Assembly: GCF_006345805.1 (NCBI RefSeq)
Contig: NC_042997.1
Location: 135,098,001-135,162,000, forward strand
Direction: 5' to 3'
Length of the DNA: 64,000 bases
From: Octopus sinensis
Lineage: Eukaryota
The stretch's first letter is position 1, and every line of letters starts with the position of its first letter. Below, one piece after another: positions 26,251 to 39,207 of this stretch. Below the pieces are notes generated by a model. It was not told the DNA's origin and searched no databases. It saw nothing but the letters and a program-made list of their open reading frames with translations. Both the position numbers and the translations under genes were made by a program.

Positions 26251-27469
26251 GTAACCCTACTTTTCATCTGCTATCACTTTGTCCAATGTCATCTCGTCCA
26301 CGTATTTGGTCCGACGTCTTTTTGTCCGATAATTTTTTGTCCAACGACTTTTTGTCTAATTTTAAATAAACTCTTTAGAAAACTCATGGAGAGTTTTATT
26401 GATAGGATTCAAGTAAAATACTTGAAGAAGAGTAGAGGTGAAAATCGAAAATGTGTTTCAGCGCAAGAAGACCTTGGTTGTGCGTGATTACAGTGTATAA
26501 TGATCGACTGTTCTCCAACAAATTTCTAATCTTATACATATGTAAGAAATTACTGAGGGTGGGAGATTTGTTAGATCGTCGGACAAAATACGATGAGATG
26601 TTTTATACCACTTTTCACTTTCTGAGTTCAAATCCCTTCGACGTCAACTTTTCTTTCGTACATTTCGGCCAATAAATCAGAGTACCGCTAGCCTTGTGCA
26701 TCGTTATACTATTGCAGATGGTTAATAGGAAGAATGTTACAACGTCGGGTAATATGCGTTGCATCAATGAGTTAGTATATTTTATATTCTGAATTCAAAA
26801 CCTGTCCTTCTTCCTTCGGGGTCGATAAAAAGTGGCCGTCAATAGACGATTTATTTTAATGAATAATTCCTTCTTCAGTTAATCTAGTATTTCATGTATG
26901 TTAGGAAATATTTCTGGATTAAATCCTTGGTCTGTGACAATCGCATATTTTGTATACTACCTATATTTCTGTCTCATCCCTCTTCTCTCATTTTCTTCCC
27001 CGTATCGTCTTCTGTACATTCACACACAAATTATCAACTGTCGTTTTAATGTACCCAACAGAACCAAAAAATTATTAACAAAAGCATCATTGGCATTTAG
27101 TTATATCTTCAGACATCCTGAATTCAAATACCGCCTATGTTGAATTTACATTTCGTCAATCTACGTTCGATCAATCTAATCATATTTGATATTCTACAAA
27201 CAAATTATTTACTTGTTACCGAAACAAAAGCCATCAATCTTTTTAGATTCCAGACGTTATGATTTTCTACTCGGATCAATTCAACCAAACTGTATAGCCT
27301 CAATTGAAGATTGTGGATTTGAGCCAAACTTGGTAATCATTATGAGTATCTTCTTGCTTTATTTGAGAAAACATTGTCAATATTTTCGGATACTTATTTC
27401 CATGTCTTAACATTTCTATATGTATATGGCGTATGTGTGATTCTACATATATATATATATATTAAAAAT

Positions 27470-27670
27470 GTGGCCGCGTGTGTACCGTTGGCGATTTTTT
27501 TCCCTCTGTCTTCCCTTCTCTGGATCTTTCCTTCTCCTATATTTCCGACGAAGAGCTCCGCTCGAAACGTTTAACCCTCCTTCTTTCCTTCTTTCCTGAG
27601 CGTTCAATAATACTATATTTGTTCCACGTCCTCGCGTTGTTGTGTTTTTTGTGCTTTCTTGTTTGGACTA
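27470..27670 (+). mobile_element. Penelope-type terminal-repeat (pLTR-like) fragment carrying a degenerate hammerhead
   Basis: Homologous to 29552-29680 in inverted orientation; contains CCGACGA-A-GAGC-TCC-GCTC-GAAACGTT at 27545-27571. Confidence 0.6.
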
Positions 27671-27717
<47 letters not shown>

Positions 27718-27740
27718 TATATATATATACACATATATAT

Positions 27741-27787
<47 letters not shown>

Positions 27788-27811
27788 GATATATATATAT
27801 ATATGATATAT

Positions 27812-28208
27812 ATTCTTTCATTCTTCTTTTATTGGTTTCAGTCATATGACTGCGGCCACGCTGCAGCACCGCCCTTAGTCAAACGAATCAACCCCAGGAC
27901 TTATTCTTCGTAAGCTTAATACTTATTTTATCGGTTGCTTTTGCCGAAACGCCAGGTGACATGTACGTAAACACACCAGCATTGGTTGTCAAGCGATGCT
28001 GGTGAGATAAACACAGACACACACACACATATATATCTATATATGACGGGCTTCTTTCAGTTTCCGTCTACCAAATCCAATCACAAGGCTTTGGTCGACT
28101 CGAGGCTGTAGTAGAAGACATTTGCCCAAGGTGCCACGCAGTGAGACTGAACCTGAAACTATGTGGTTGGTAAGCAATCTACTTACCACACATCAACTCC
28201 TGTGCCTA
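27812..28208 (-). mobile_element. SINE family A, full-length copy
   Basis: Reverse complement of head, CORE-like block, internal CA/TA array and tail. Confidence 0.88.
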
Positions 28209-29051
28209 TATATATTTATATTATATATATATATATATATATCATATCATATCATATTATATAAACAATATATATATATGTATATTTACATACATGTATG
28301 TACATACCTGCTTATATATATATACATGTATATACACATGCATATACGGGTACAGGACGTCAAAAAAACGTGAACAACATGAAAAACGAGAACATGAAAA
28401 AACTAAAACATGGAAGACGAACTTTTTTTTCGAACAACGAAAGAAACAAATAGGGAGACGAGACAATCAAATTAAAGAACAACCCCTTCATCAGTTGTCT
28501 TCTGTCTTATCAATTCCGCGTTTCGAACGCTTGCGACAAGACGCGTTTTCGTTAAAACAGTTGTACTTGCAAAGCAAATTAAATAAAATTTTGGATTTGC
28601 AGAGGATTAAAGTGGTAACAAAAACAAGACAGTAAGAACAGAACAGTAAAAACAAACGGTAAGAGCGGTTAGACCATAACGAGGTGAAGTGGTGAACGGT
28701 GTAGAAACAAGCGTTGACAAGAGACAGGCAAAAATGTGTATTGTCTCTTGTAGCGCAAGGTGAAGAAAGAAAGATAGCCGCTGGTCACGTGTGACCAACG
28801 AGAGAGTCAAGGTGGAAGGTTGAGGGAGAGGGAATGAGAGAGAGGGAGAGATAGAAAACGGTAAAGGGGAGGAGAAAAATTAAAGAAAGAGTGGCAGAGA
28901 AAAGCAGAAAGAAGAGGAGAGAGAGAATAGAGATAGTGATACGAAAGTGATAGAAGTGTCGCATCAGAATTATTAAGATAAAACATAATTGGAAACGGAT
29001 GCGTGGCGTTCGATCATATAATAATATAAATAATATATATATATGTATATA

Positions 29052-29082
<31 letters not shown>

Positions 29083-29117
29083 ATGTATGTATATATATAT
29101 ATATATATACATGTATG

Positions 29118-29149
<32 letters not shown>

Positions 29150-29551
29150 ATAATATATATATATATATTATATATATATATATATATAATATATATATAT
29201 TAATAGTTATCGCCATACTAATATGGCATTCTTAAAAATAAGAATAAAGCTGTCGCTGATTAGCTCCATGAAGCCATCGCCTCAAGCTAGCTACTTGACA
29301 CACAAACTGCGCCCGTTATTAAACCTTCGAACAGGGGAGGTCAGCCGCTTCAACCTGCTAGTCCGAGAGCTACAGGCAAGTTTCAGGGTTGTTGCCCCTT
29401 CTCAATGCAGCGTAGTCAGACCTGCAGGTGTCGCTACTGACCGTCTCCGTTCGAAGATTCTATTTACCTAGTTACGGTGGAATACATCCACTTGTTTTCA
29501 ATAATAGAAATATTAAATTTACTAAGTCTCTAGGTAAATAGAATCTTCGAA

Positions 29552-29810
29552 AGAAGGCAAGAAGGAGGGTTTGACGTTTCGAGCGGAGCTCTTCGTCGGA
29601 AACCTAGGAGAAAGAAAGATCCCGAGAAGGGAAGACAAGGGAAAAATCGCTAGTGGTACAGACGAGGTCACATACTGAAAGACGGAAATAGTAAAAGTAG
29701 AAGAATGTTTTTTAAAGACAGGAGAGTTATATCAAAGACAGCATGGTAAAGAAAGTGAGAGGGGGAATGTGTGTGGGTGTAGTGCGTGCGGGAAGGTCAG
29801 CGTGTGCGCG
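29552..29810 (-). mobile_element. Penelope-type terminal-repeat (pLTR-like) fragment
   Basis: Inverted homologue of 27470-27670; contains a structurally complete minimal hammerhead. Confidence 0.6.
29568..29604 (-). ncRNA. Minimal type I hammerhead ribozyme motif (U4C core variant)
   Basis: GGUUU-CCGACGA-A-GAGC-UCC-GCUC-GAAA-CGUC-AAACC: stem I GGUUU/AAACC, stem II GAGC/GCUC, palindromic ACGU stem III, GUC cleavage triplet. Confidence 0.7.
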
Positions 29811-29919
29811 TGTGTGTGTATGTGTGCAATGATGACACGTGTGTGTGTGTGTGTGTGTGTGTGTAGTAAGAATTAAGGAGTGGTGTTTAGGGTCCAATCG
29901 CAGGTCAAAAACAAAGAGG

Positions 29920-30620
29920 TATGTGTGTCTGCGTGTATGTATATGTATCGTGTGTGTGTTTTGTTTGTAGTATTGCGTGTGTATGTGTGTGTTTTTGTGT
30001 GTATGCGTGGAGTTTGGGTGTGTGGCGAGTAACTGTGCTTAACTTAGTGTATGTGTGCGTGTGTGCTAGTACGTGCGTGTGTGTGTATATATATGTATGT
30101 ATAATTGTGTGCGTGTATGTATGTGTGTGCGTATATGTATGGTTGTGTGCCGTGTGTATGGGATGTATGTGTGAGTTTATTTGTGTGCGTGTGTGTGTAT
30201 GTATGTGCGTGTAGTTGTGTGTGCGTGTAAGTGTGCGCTTGTATGTGTGTGTGTAAGCATATATGGATGTATATGCGTGTATCCGTGGGGTTGTGAGTTT
30301 TTCGCGCGTGTGCGTGCGTATGTGTGCGCATGTTTTTGTGTGCGTATGTATGTGTGTGTCTGTGCTTATATGTGTGTACGTATGTGTATGTGTGCGTGCG
30401 CGTGTAGGTATATATTGTGTGTATGTATATGTGTCGGTGTGTATGTGAATTTGTGTATGTTTGTACGTGTGTATGTGTGTGTGCGTGTATTGTATATATA
30501 TATGTAAATGTGTGTGTGCGTGTGTGTACGTGCGTGGGAGTGAATGTATGTATATATGTGCGTGTGTGTGTACAAATGTAGGGGTTTATATGTGTGTTTA
30601 TATGTTTATATGTGTGTATA
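29920..30620. repeat. Long degenerate (TG)n/(TGTA)n tract
   Basis: About 700 bp of largely alternating pyrimidine-purine sequence. Confidence 0.92.
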
Positions 30621-30860
30621 TATATGAATGCAAGCACACACTTTATAATTGATGGGAAAAAATTCGGTGTGGGTGTATGTGAATCCACAGGCACACACAC
30701 ACACACACTGACGCACGCCTGCAATACAGCCAACCCCATATGCATGTATGTATGTATGTATGTATGTATTTATGTAGGTATGTATATGTGTGTGTGTATG
30801 TATGTGTGTGTATGTGTGTATGTATGTGTGTGTGTATGTATGTATGTATGTGTGAGTGTG

Positions 30861-30953
<93 letters not shown>

Positions 30954-31300
30954 CTTTTTAAAGTTATCACTACAGGTCTTGTATAGAAATTAGAGCCAGC
31001 ACTAAAAGTTACGACGTTTCATATTCGAATACGTCTATGTAAACCATGCGATCGGAAATAGAAAATAAGTACTGGGTATATGAATACTTCAGTTCTTACT
31101 CCTTTTTCAGCATCACCCACCCATTAATCATCCACGAGCACAATGCTTCGATAGCCGCTAACTTTAGCGATACAACACAATTGGATATACCCAGATTCAA
31201 CTATTAAACAGATTCCTAGCAAGCAGTAATTACATATTAATTTCTTCTAGGGACACCTTATTTAGGGCCACCTTATTTTTGCAACCATAATATATATGGG

Positions 31301-31491
31301 TTTCAAATTTTGGCACACGACCAGCAATTTTTATTACCGCGACCCTAGCGCTCAACTGGTACTTATTTTATCGTGCCGAAAGGATAAAATGCGAAGTGGA
31401 CCTGGTCGGAATTTGAACTCAAAACCTAAAAACGGACGAAATGCCTCTAAGTATTTTGTTATGCGTGCTATTAATTCTGCTAGTTCACCTC
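31301..31491 (-). mobile_element. SINE family B-related degenerate copy
   Basis: TTTCAAATTTTGGCAC...CTCAACTGGTACTTATTTTATCG...GGAATTTGAACTC. Confidence 0.7.
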
Positions 31492-31804
31492 TTTTAAAGG
31501 CTTATACGTGTATACTGTGTCCTTCCAGGAGTGACTTATACGCCTTTAATATACCATATAGTATATTATGGTTGCATAAGCAAACATTGTGTTCCAGCCA
31601 GCAATTAATGTGTGTATTTCTGTGTGTGTGTATGTTTGTGTGTGTGTGTGTGTGTGTGTGCGTGTGTCTGTATGTGAGTGTGTGCGTGTGTGTGTGTATG
31701 TGTGTACGTGTGTGTGTGCCGATTTCGAAATTATATCTTAACTCTCACTGTACATTTTCCTTTTTCTCATTCCTTTTCACTCTCATTTACCGACTTTCTC
31801 TCTC

Positions 31805-31839
<35 letters not shown>

Positions 31840-32384
31840 CTCTCTCTCGCACCCTCACTTCTCTCTCCCCCTCTTTCTCTCCCTCTTTCTCTTCCTCTTT
31901 CTCTCCCTCTTTCTCCCCCTCTCACACCCTTTGTCACACACTCTCTCTCTCTATTTCTTGCTTTATTATCATTATCATTTACAAAATACTAGAACATAGA
32001 TGCACCTCACGAATTTCATGTGATAAATTTATCCCACTATGCGTTACATGACCTTTGTATAATGATGTTTAGGACAAAGTCACCAGCAAAAAGCCGGTAT
32101 GAAAAAATAACAGAATTAGTGAAACGAATGAATTCATGGAAGCTCAACAAGTGGTGCGAGAAGAGAGAAGAAAACAGCTTCATTAAGCACTTAAATTGGA
32201 TTTTCTCAGCTTTATTAAGTGAGTGAGGTTGAGCTTTTAAAGCATGGACTGGTTTTGACTAAAGCTAGTCGTATATTGCACGTTTGAAATCTATCGAATA
32301 CTTTAATTACATCTACTCATCGCTCACACCAATACATACACACACATACACACATCAACTCTCCACATTTTTGCTTCCTTTCTT

Positions 32385-33170
32385 ATCTTATCTCCCTCTC
32401 TCTCCTCTCTCTCTCTCCATCTCCCTCTCCCTCTCCATCTCTCTCTCCTTCTCCATCTCTCTCCCTCTCCATCTCTCTCCCTCTCCATCTCTCTCCTTCT
32501 TCCTCTCCATCTCTCTCTCTCTCCATCTCTCTCTCCCTCTCCATCTCTCTCCCTCTCCCTCTCTCCCTCCCCATCTCCCTCCTACCCCTCCCCATATCTC
32601 CCTCACCCCATCCCCCTCTTTCTCTCTTGAATGTCTCTGATTTATTTTGTTTTCAATCTGTATCTGAATCTGTTTTCATACTTTCTCATTCACATACTTC
32701 TCTCAGCTTTTCTTTCGCTCCATTCAAAAAACATACTACACATGCAAACTCGTTATCCTTGTTTCTTTTTCTCTTTCTCTTCTCTTCTCTTCTCCATTTC
32801 TCTCTTACGTTCTCTTCCTTACACACCTTCTTGCTCACACAATCTATCAATGATGTTTTATTCCGGTTTTTACTTTACCATAGCAGTTTTATTTCCTCCT
32901 TCCGCCTCTTTCTCACTCCCTCTCATACTATCTCATTCACACATCTATGTTCAACTCTTTCTCCCTCTTTAGTTGATAATACACACACACTCGTGCACAC
33001 CCACACGCAACGCACATTCATTTTCCCTTTCTCTTTTCTCTCTCTTCATCTCCCTACCCTTTTCTCTCCATATCCCATTCTGTCCTTCTCTCCGCCTCTT
33101 TCCTCCCTTCTATCTCCCTATATTTCTTTATCTCTCCACTTCTCCTTCTCTCACCCTTTCTTTTCAGTGT
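32385..33170. repeat. Pyrimidine-rich tract beginning with a (CTCTCCAT/CTCTCC)n minisatellite
   Basis: 32385-32630 is almost purely C/T on +, and the pyrimidine bias continues to about 33170. Confidence 0.85.
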
Positions 33171-33248
33171 GTAGTTTTAAGTTTCTTTATTCTCTTTCAA
33201 ATTGTCTCACATACACACAGACACACACATAACCACACATACCTACAG

Positions 33249-33302
<54 letters not shown>

Positions 33303-34101
33303 GCGCACACACATACCCACACATTCACACTCACGTTCGTTCGTTTGTTTCAAATCATTCTTTTCTGCTGGTATGGTTCATTCTTTGGCTAGGAATAAAG
33401 AAGCGTAGTAAGATGAAAACAAGCGATAGAGGACAATTGTCAACAGATGCAGTCGTAAAAGAATGTATAGTAAAATGTACAGATAAAAAAAAAGCATACA
33501 ATAGCAAAAAAATATCCTAGAATATTCCTTTGCATATGTTCTTGTTTGCAGACGTCGAAGTAAATGTAAATTGTAAAGACTAAAGACCTGAAACCATAAT
33601 ATTTTTAAGTTAGCAGAAGTGGAATGAGACTGGACACACACGCAACTTGCTTACAACAGGAGATGAGAGTGACAGATATAAACAATCTTTGATATAAACA
33701 AGCTATTGGACATATTCAAAAGGTGTTTAAAACGTCACAACACATTTTCCCAAAATCACGAGCTTATCCACTCACAAGCAATCAGACATAAAATTGCATG
33801 CAAACTCTGATAATTCGTTAACCCACAGTCTTACATACAGATATTCACATTCTAAGGGTTTGTTTTAGCCTAAACACAACGTGTGGAAAGTTACCCATAT
33901 ACCTGAAGGCGATAAAAGTGTAAACCTGTAAAACTAAGTAAAAATATTGCAAAATTTCGATTTATTTTGGATACCCCATCGTATATATATACATATATAA
34001 TATATATATATATATATACACACACAAACAATACACGCACACATGTCTATATATTATACACCATATAGGGTATAATGAATAATCTAAAATTAACGTAGGT
34101 A

Positions 34102-34476
34102 TTTTTCTTTTCTTGTTTTATTTGTTTCAGTCTTCTGAATGCGGCCATGTTGGAATACCGCCTTGAAGGGTTTTGGTCGAACTAATCGAGCTCAGGAATT
34201 TTTTTAAAGTCGAGTACTTATTCTATCGGTTTCTTTTGTCGAACCGCTAAGTTACAGGGACGTAAACACACCAACACCGGTTTTCAAGCGGTGATGGTGA
34301 CAAATATTAACAAACATATACGATGGGCTTTTTTCAGTTTCATCTACTAAATCCACTCACAAGGCTTTGGTCGGCCCGAGGCAATGGCAGAAGACACTTG
34401 CCCAAGGTGCCGCACAGTGGGACTGAACTCGAAACCATCTAGTTGGGAAGCAAGCTTCTTATTACATAGCCATGCC
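34102..34476 (-). mobile_element. SINE family A copy with almost no internal microsatellite
   Basis: Reverse complement of head, CORE-like block (GACACTTGCCCAAGGTGCC) and tail. Confidence 0.88.
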
Positions 34477-34954
34477 TAGAATTTTAAAATATAAGCCCTG
34501 CAGAGATATAAACGCGTTTGCATTTGTTTACATTTTCCAGCGAGATTTATTAATAAAAATTGTAAATATGCGTATATTAAATTGCATAAATCATAAAATA
34601 GAAAAAAATAGCATCCCTGTGCAATGATTGCACAGTTATGTAACTGTTTTATAGAAATGCTATCAAACTTTCATTGGCATAAAATGAGAATATTTGTAGT
34701 CTGATGAGTGAACAAATAGAAATGAAACAAACCGGAACAATCCCAATATTTCCTATCCCTCTGTAAAATATAAGCCTGAATTTACATTAGATTACACTTA
34801 GCAATAAAACCGTAGGCAAACCTATATGAAATATCAGATCGCATATATGTGGATATATAATTTTTGTAAAGTGTTTCAGTTTCAAACCTTGCGGTCATGC
34901 TGGGGGCACCAACGTTGACCGTGTTACACTATTATTTGAAACCTCCTCTGATAG

Positions 34955-35070
34955 GTGGCATTTGGTCAATGAGGGAGTTTGATGCCGCTGCCCTCATCCT
35001 GCCGTGATGTAGGCTCGTCTGGAACCTTTGACAGGAAGAGATCCAGTTTTGTTTTAAAGATACTTATATC
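34955..35070 (-). mobile_element. CR1/Jockey-group LINE extreme 3' fragment
   Basis: DISIFKTKLDLFLSKVPDEPTSRQ resembles the FKxxLDxFLxxVPDEP C-terminal motif of such RTs. Confidence 0.55.
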
Positions 35071-35094
35071 CACACACACATACACACACAGACG

Positions 35095-35126
<32 letters not shown>

Positions 35127-35200
35127 AACACATACACAAACACACACACACACACACACATACACACACATACACACACACACACATATATATATATATA

Positions 35201-35336
35201 CGACGGGCCTCTTTCCTTTTCTGTCAATCAAATCCACTCACAAGGCTTTGATCAGCCTGAGTTTAAGAAGACACTTCTTCAAGGTACAGTGCAATGGGTT
35301 GAGAAGCAAGCAAATTTCTTATCACACACCAACGCC
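35201..35336 (-). mobile_element. SINE family A 5' half, internally deleted
   Basis: CGACGGGCCTCTTTC...AAATCCACTCACAAGGCTTTG...GAAGACACTT. Confidence 0.7.
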
Positions 35337-35351
35337 TTCACCTCTTTGTGC

Positions 35352-35385
<34 letters not shown>

Positions 35386-36959
35386 TGTGTGTGTGTGTGT
35401 GTATGTATGTATATACATATACATGTATGTATATATGTATATATAATCAAAATAAGTAGTAATGCAGTACGACCCTTTCAAGCGACTCCATTTAATTGAA
35501 GAATGCAATCATTACATCAATTTAAATGTAGTGCTATCTTCAGCTGCACAAATATGGCTTTTTAACAGACAAGATATATGAATATAATTTTGCTTAAATA
35601 CTTTAATAGAGTAAGAGGAGGGAAGAATTTCATGTTGTCAACTGATTCTTAATTACTTCTTATAAATATAATGTGGATTGGCAGATCGTGTCCGCCCTAC
35701 CTTGTCGGTTTCGTGATGCTGTGGATAAGAATTTTCCAGGGAGTATCAGGTGCCGTTCCGTTATCAATTCACACCGAGTTGGGATAGGTTTTTCAAACAC
35801 CAGGCGCCTTTTGCAGGTCATCTCTTCGCATGGCAGTGGGTTGTTGAGTGCAGGTTCACTTCATGAGAATAATAACAGTGATGTTGTTAGCGCTGATCAT
35901 TCTTTGGGCAATAGTAGCAGCAGTGTTGATGTTTTTGATATGGGTTCGGGTCGTGTTCGTTTCCTTGGCGGTGGTTCTGGGCCTGGAGTCTCTGTTTATC
36001 AATGTAAAATTGCTTCCGGTTCTGACGTCTTTTTTGTGTTGGTAGCTCATCGTCTCGGTTTTCGAGGGGAGTATCTGGCCATTGCTCTACGTTTGGAGGT
36101 GTCAATGAGCGCAGCAGAACTGGGCTTGGTGAATTGGTTTGGTCTCTAGGGTGGAATGGTGGACAATTCAATTTGAAGTAGGGGGTTCTATCTGGATCCT
36201 TCCCATGACAGAGGTGGTCTTTTTTCCTGCTCTGTAACGAAGAACAGTTTCTCATACTTTCCTCAGTGAATTATCTTCTAAACACGTTTAATGAACGCCT
36301 TCATCGTTGTAAACATTGGCCAATATATACCTTTAATACCTATAGGTAATTACTACCAATCTACAAAATACAACCTTTAACTGTCTTCTTACATTTCATT
36401 TCCACTTCATATATCTATTTCTACGCTTTTAAACTTTATTTCCATTCATCTATCATACTGTATTTTTTCACTCTTAATTTTCTGTAATTTTTTTTCTTTC
36501 TCTTCCTTCTCTTTCTCGTTGAATCTATTAACGCGATTTAAAAAATAATAACATGCTAGCGTTCCCTTTCATCATATACGCGGTAATCATATTCGGTTAA
36601 AATGGCTTATTGATGCGTTTTGCTTCTCTGTTTCCCCTGACGAGATGACTGTATTGTTTTACATCATTTTTATTCTCTCCGGAATAATCTCAATGTTTTC
36701 TTCGAAACATATGTTGGAAGTATAAATGATTTGAATAACGCCTGTGTTTGACTCCATATCTTAATTTATCCATTTATACAAAGATATTTCACTTAACCCT
36801 GGACTTTCTGCCTTTATAAGTAGGCTGTAATATCCTTGGCACTTATGTAAATTTTTGCTACCCTGGAAACTACTTATTTATTTTTTCGTACTATCTGTAC
36901 GCATTGAAAAATTACGCATACATTTATATATATACGCACATATATATACAAATACACAC

Positions 36960-36990
<31 letters not shown>

Positions 36991-37062
36991 ATATATGGCA
37001 GTATATATTACTATATCGTGTGTTTATACGTAGTGTACATATGAATATGTATGTATGTATAC

Positions 37063-37149
<87 letters not shown>

Positions 37150-37433
37150 GAGGCCGTGTAGCTAGCTCTCTTGATCGTGATTTCAATTCCTAGACCGGGT
37201 GGTGTGTTGTCCTTTTGGTCAAAACACTCTAACGTTGCTATGCAATCACTTTGACACCTGACGCATGGTACAACCCTGCGCTTGTTGAGGCAAAATCGAT
37301 TTCGTGGATGGAATGAGCTAAAGTACAACGCATACATTTGATAACTATAATACATCATTTGGGCAGGTAGTTAAAAAAAGCTGAACGCTCATATGTCGTC
37401 TTCAACGGGAGAGCCCATCATATATATATACTG

Positions 37434-37480
<47 letters not shown>

Positions 37481-37520
37481 AAGATATATGTACACACATG
37501 CACACATATACATACATACA

Positions 37521-37563
<43 letters not shown>

Positions 37564-38029
37564 ATATTGACTTTATCTTCCTCCTTTTACACGTTTTTTT
37601 CTCTTATCTAATTTTCTAAAGACGAGCTTTTGCTGAAAGTCACACATCTACTTCTCCCACTGACATCAAAGAAAAAATTTACACCTCGTTTTCGTCTTCC
37701 ACGACGTTGATTTCGATCATATGCGTTTCTTTCTCTGTGTGTGTGTGTTGTGTGCTTATGTGTGTGTGTATTTCTGTGTGTATGTGTGAGTGTTTGCGAG
37801 TGCGTGTGTGTGAGAGTTTTTGTGTGTGTGAGTGTATATTTATATATATGTCTATGTGTGTGTGTGATGTCTACATATTTACTGATTTATGACTATTCGC
37901 TTTCAATTTCTTTCCTGTTTGGTTTATTGCTCATCTATAGCTCTATATAATCTCTCACTTCTCTCTTTTCAAGCTGACTTAGCACGTTTTGTCAAGCCTT
38001 CCTCTATTATTTATTTCTTTTCACAGTTC

Positions 38030-38207
38030 TTCTTCCTCTTCCCTTTCCTCTTCCTCTCTCTCTCACTCTCTCTTCCTCTCTCTCTCCCTCTCTCTCTCCC
38101 TGTCTCCCTGTCTCTCTCCCTCTCTCTCTCCCTGTCTCCCTGTCTCTCTCCCTCTCTCTCTCCCTGTCTCCCTCTCTCCCTGCCTCCCTCTCTCTCTCAC
38201 TCTCTCT

Positions 38208-38242
<35 letters not shown>

Positions 38243-38260
38243 GTTCTCCCTTTCTGTCTT
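38030..38260. repeat. (CT)n/(CTCCCTGT)n polypyrimidine minisatellite
   Basis: Direct reading. Confidence 0.9.
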
Positions 38261-38803
38261 GTCTTTCTCACAACAGTGTGTCTCTTCCTTTGGTAACATT
38301 ATCCTTGGAAAACGTTTGAGAGAATTTTACCTGGATTTCCTCCTTTAGTTTTATGCTTATATTTTTGCTCATCCATATGCCAACAATCCCTTGTCTGTGG
38401 TTTTAAAAAGAAGGCAAAAGAAAATTCAAAATCAAAATGAGAAAGGAAACAATTTCACAAATCAAAGAAAAAAAATACTAATATAAATACTAGTTGTGGG
38501 AAAAAAACGTATCTCATTTTCAAAATCCGCCGTCTTCTTGCCGTAAATATAAGAAACTAGCAACTAAGTATGGCCCTGATATAATCAACTAAACACTTCT
38601 TCACAAAATATATGGCTTCCTCTATATGATAAATCAATACAGAATAAGATTAAGGGACATTTCTCCAAATTAACCTTAAAAGACCGAAACAAGATTTTCT
38701 CGGTTACCTACAAAGGATCCACACGTATGTTTAACAAAAGTAATTTATAAACAAATATATTCAACTCTTCTCCACACTACAAAGAAATTTCATGAAAAAT
38801 GAA

Positions 38804-39207
38804 GCAGGCTGTGTGGTAAGTAGCTTGTTAACCAATCACATGGTTCCGGGTTCAGTCCCACTGCGTGACACCTTGGGCAAGTGTCTTCTGCTATAGCCCC
38901 GGGCCGACCAATGCCTTGTGAGTGGATTTGGTAGACGGAAACTGAAAGAAGCCTGTCGTATATATGTATATATATATGTATCCGTGTGTGTGTTTGTGTG
39001 TCTGTGTTTGCCCCCCTAGCATTGCTTGACAACGGATGCTGGTGTGTTTACGTCCCCGTCAATTAGCGGTTCGGCAAAAGATACCAATAGAATAAGTACT
39101 GGGCTTACAAAGAATAAGTCCCAGGGTCGATTTGCTCGATTAAAGGCGGTACTCCAGCATGGCCGCAGTCAAAATATTTGAAACAAGTAAAAGAGTAAAA
39201 GAGTAAA
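38804..39207 (+). mobile_element. SINE family A, full-length well-preserved copy
   Basis: GGCTGTGTGGTAAG...GGTTCAGTCCC head, GTGACACCTTGGGCAAGT CORE-like block, internal array, (AAAAGAGT)n tail. Confidence 0.92.

Noticed and set aside
26270-26620. Short repeated TTGTCC motifs with an opposing GGACAA about 250 bp downstream (MITE-like)
   Set aside because: No clear terminal inverted repeats or TSD could be delimited
35690-36900. Minus-strand ORFs of 64-122 aa in non-microsatellite sequence
   Set aside because: Probably a decayed retroelement, but no RT, endonuclease or zinc-knuckle motif could be read with confidence
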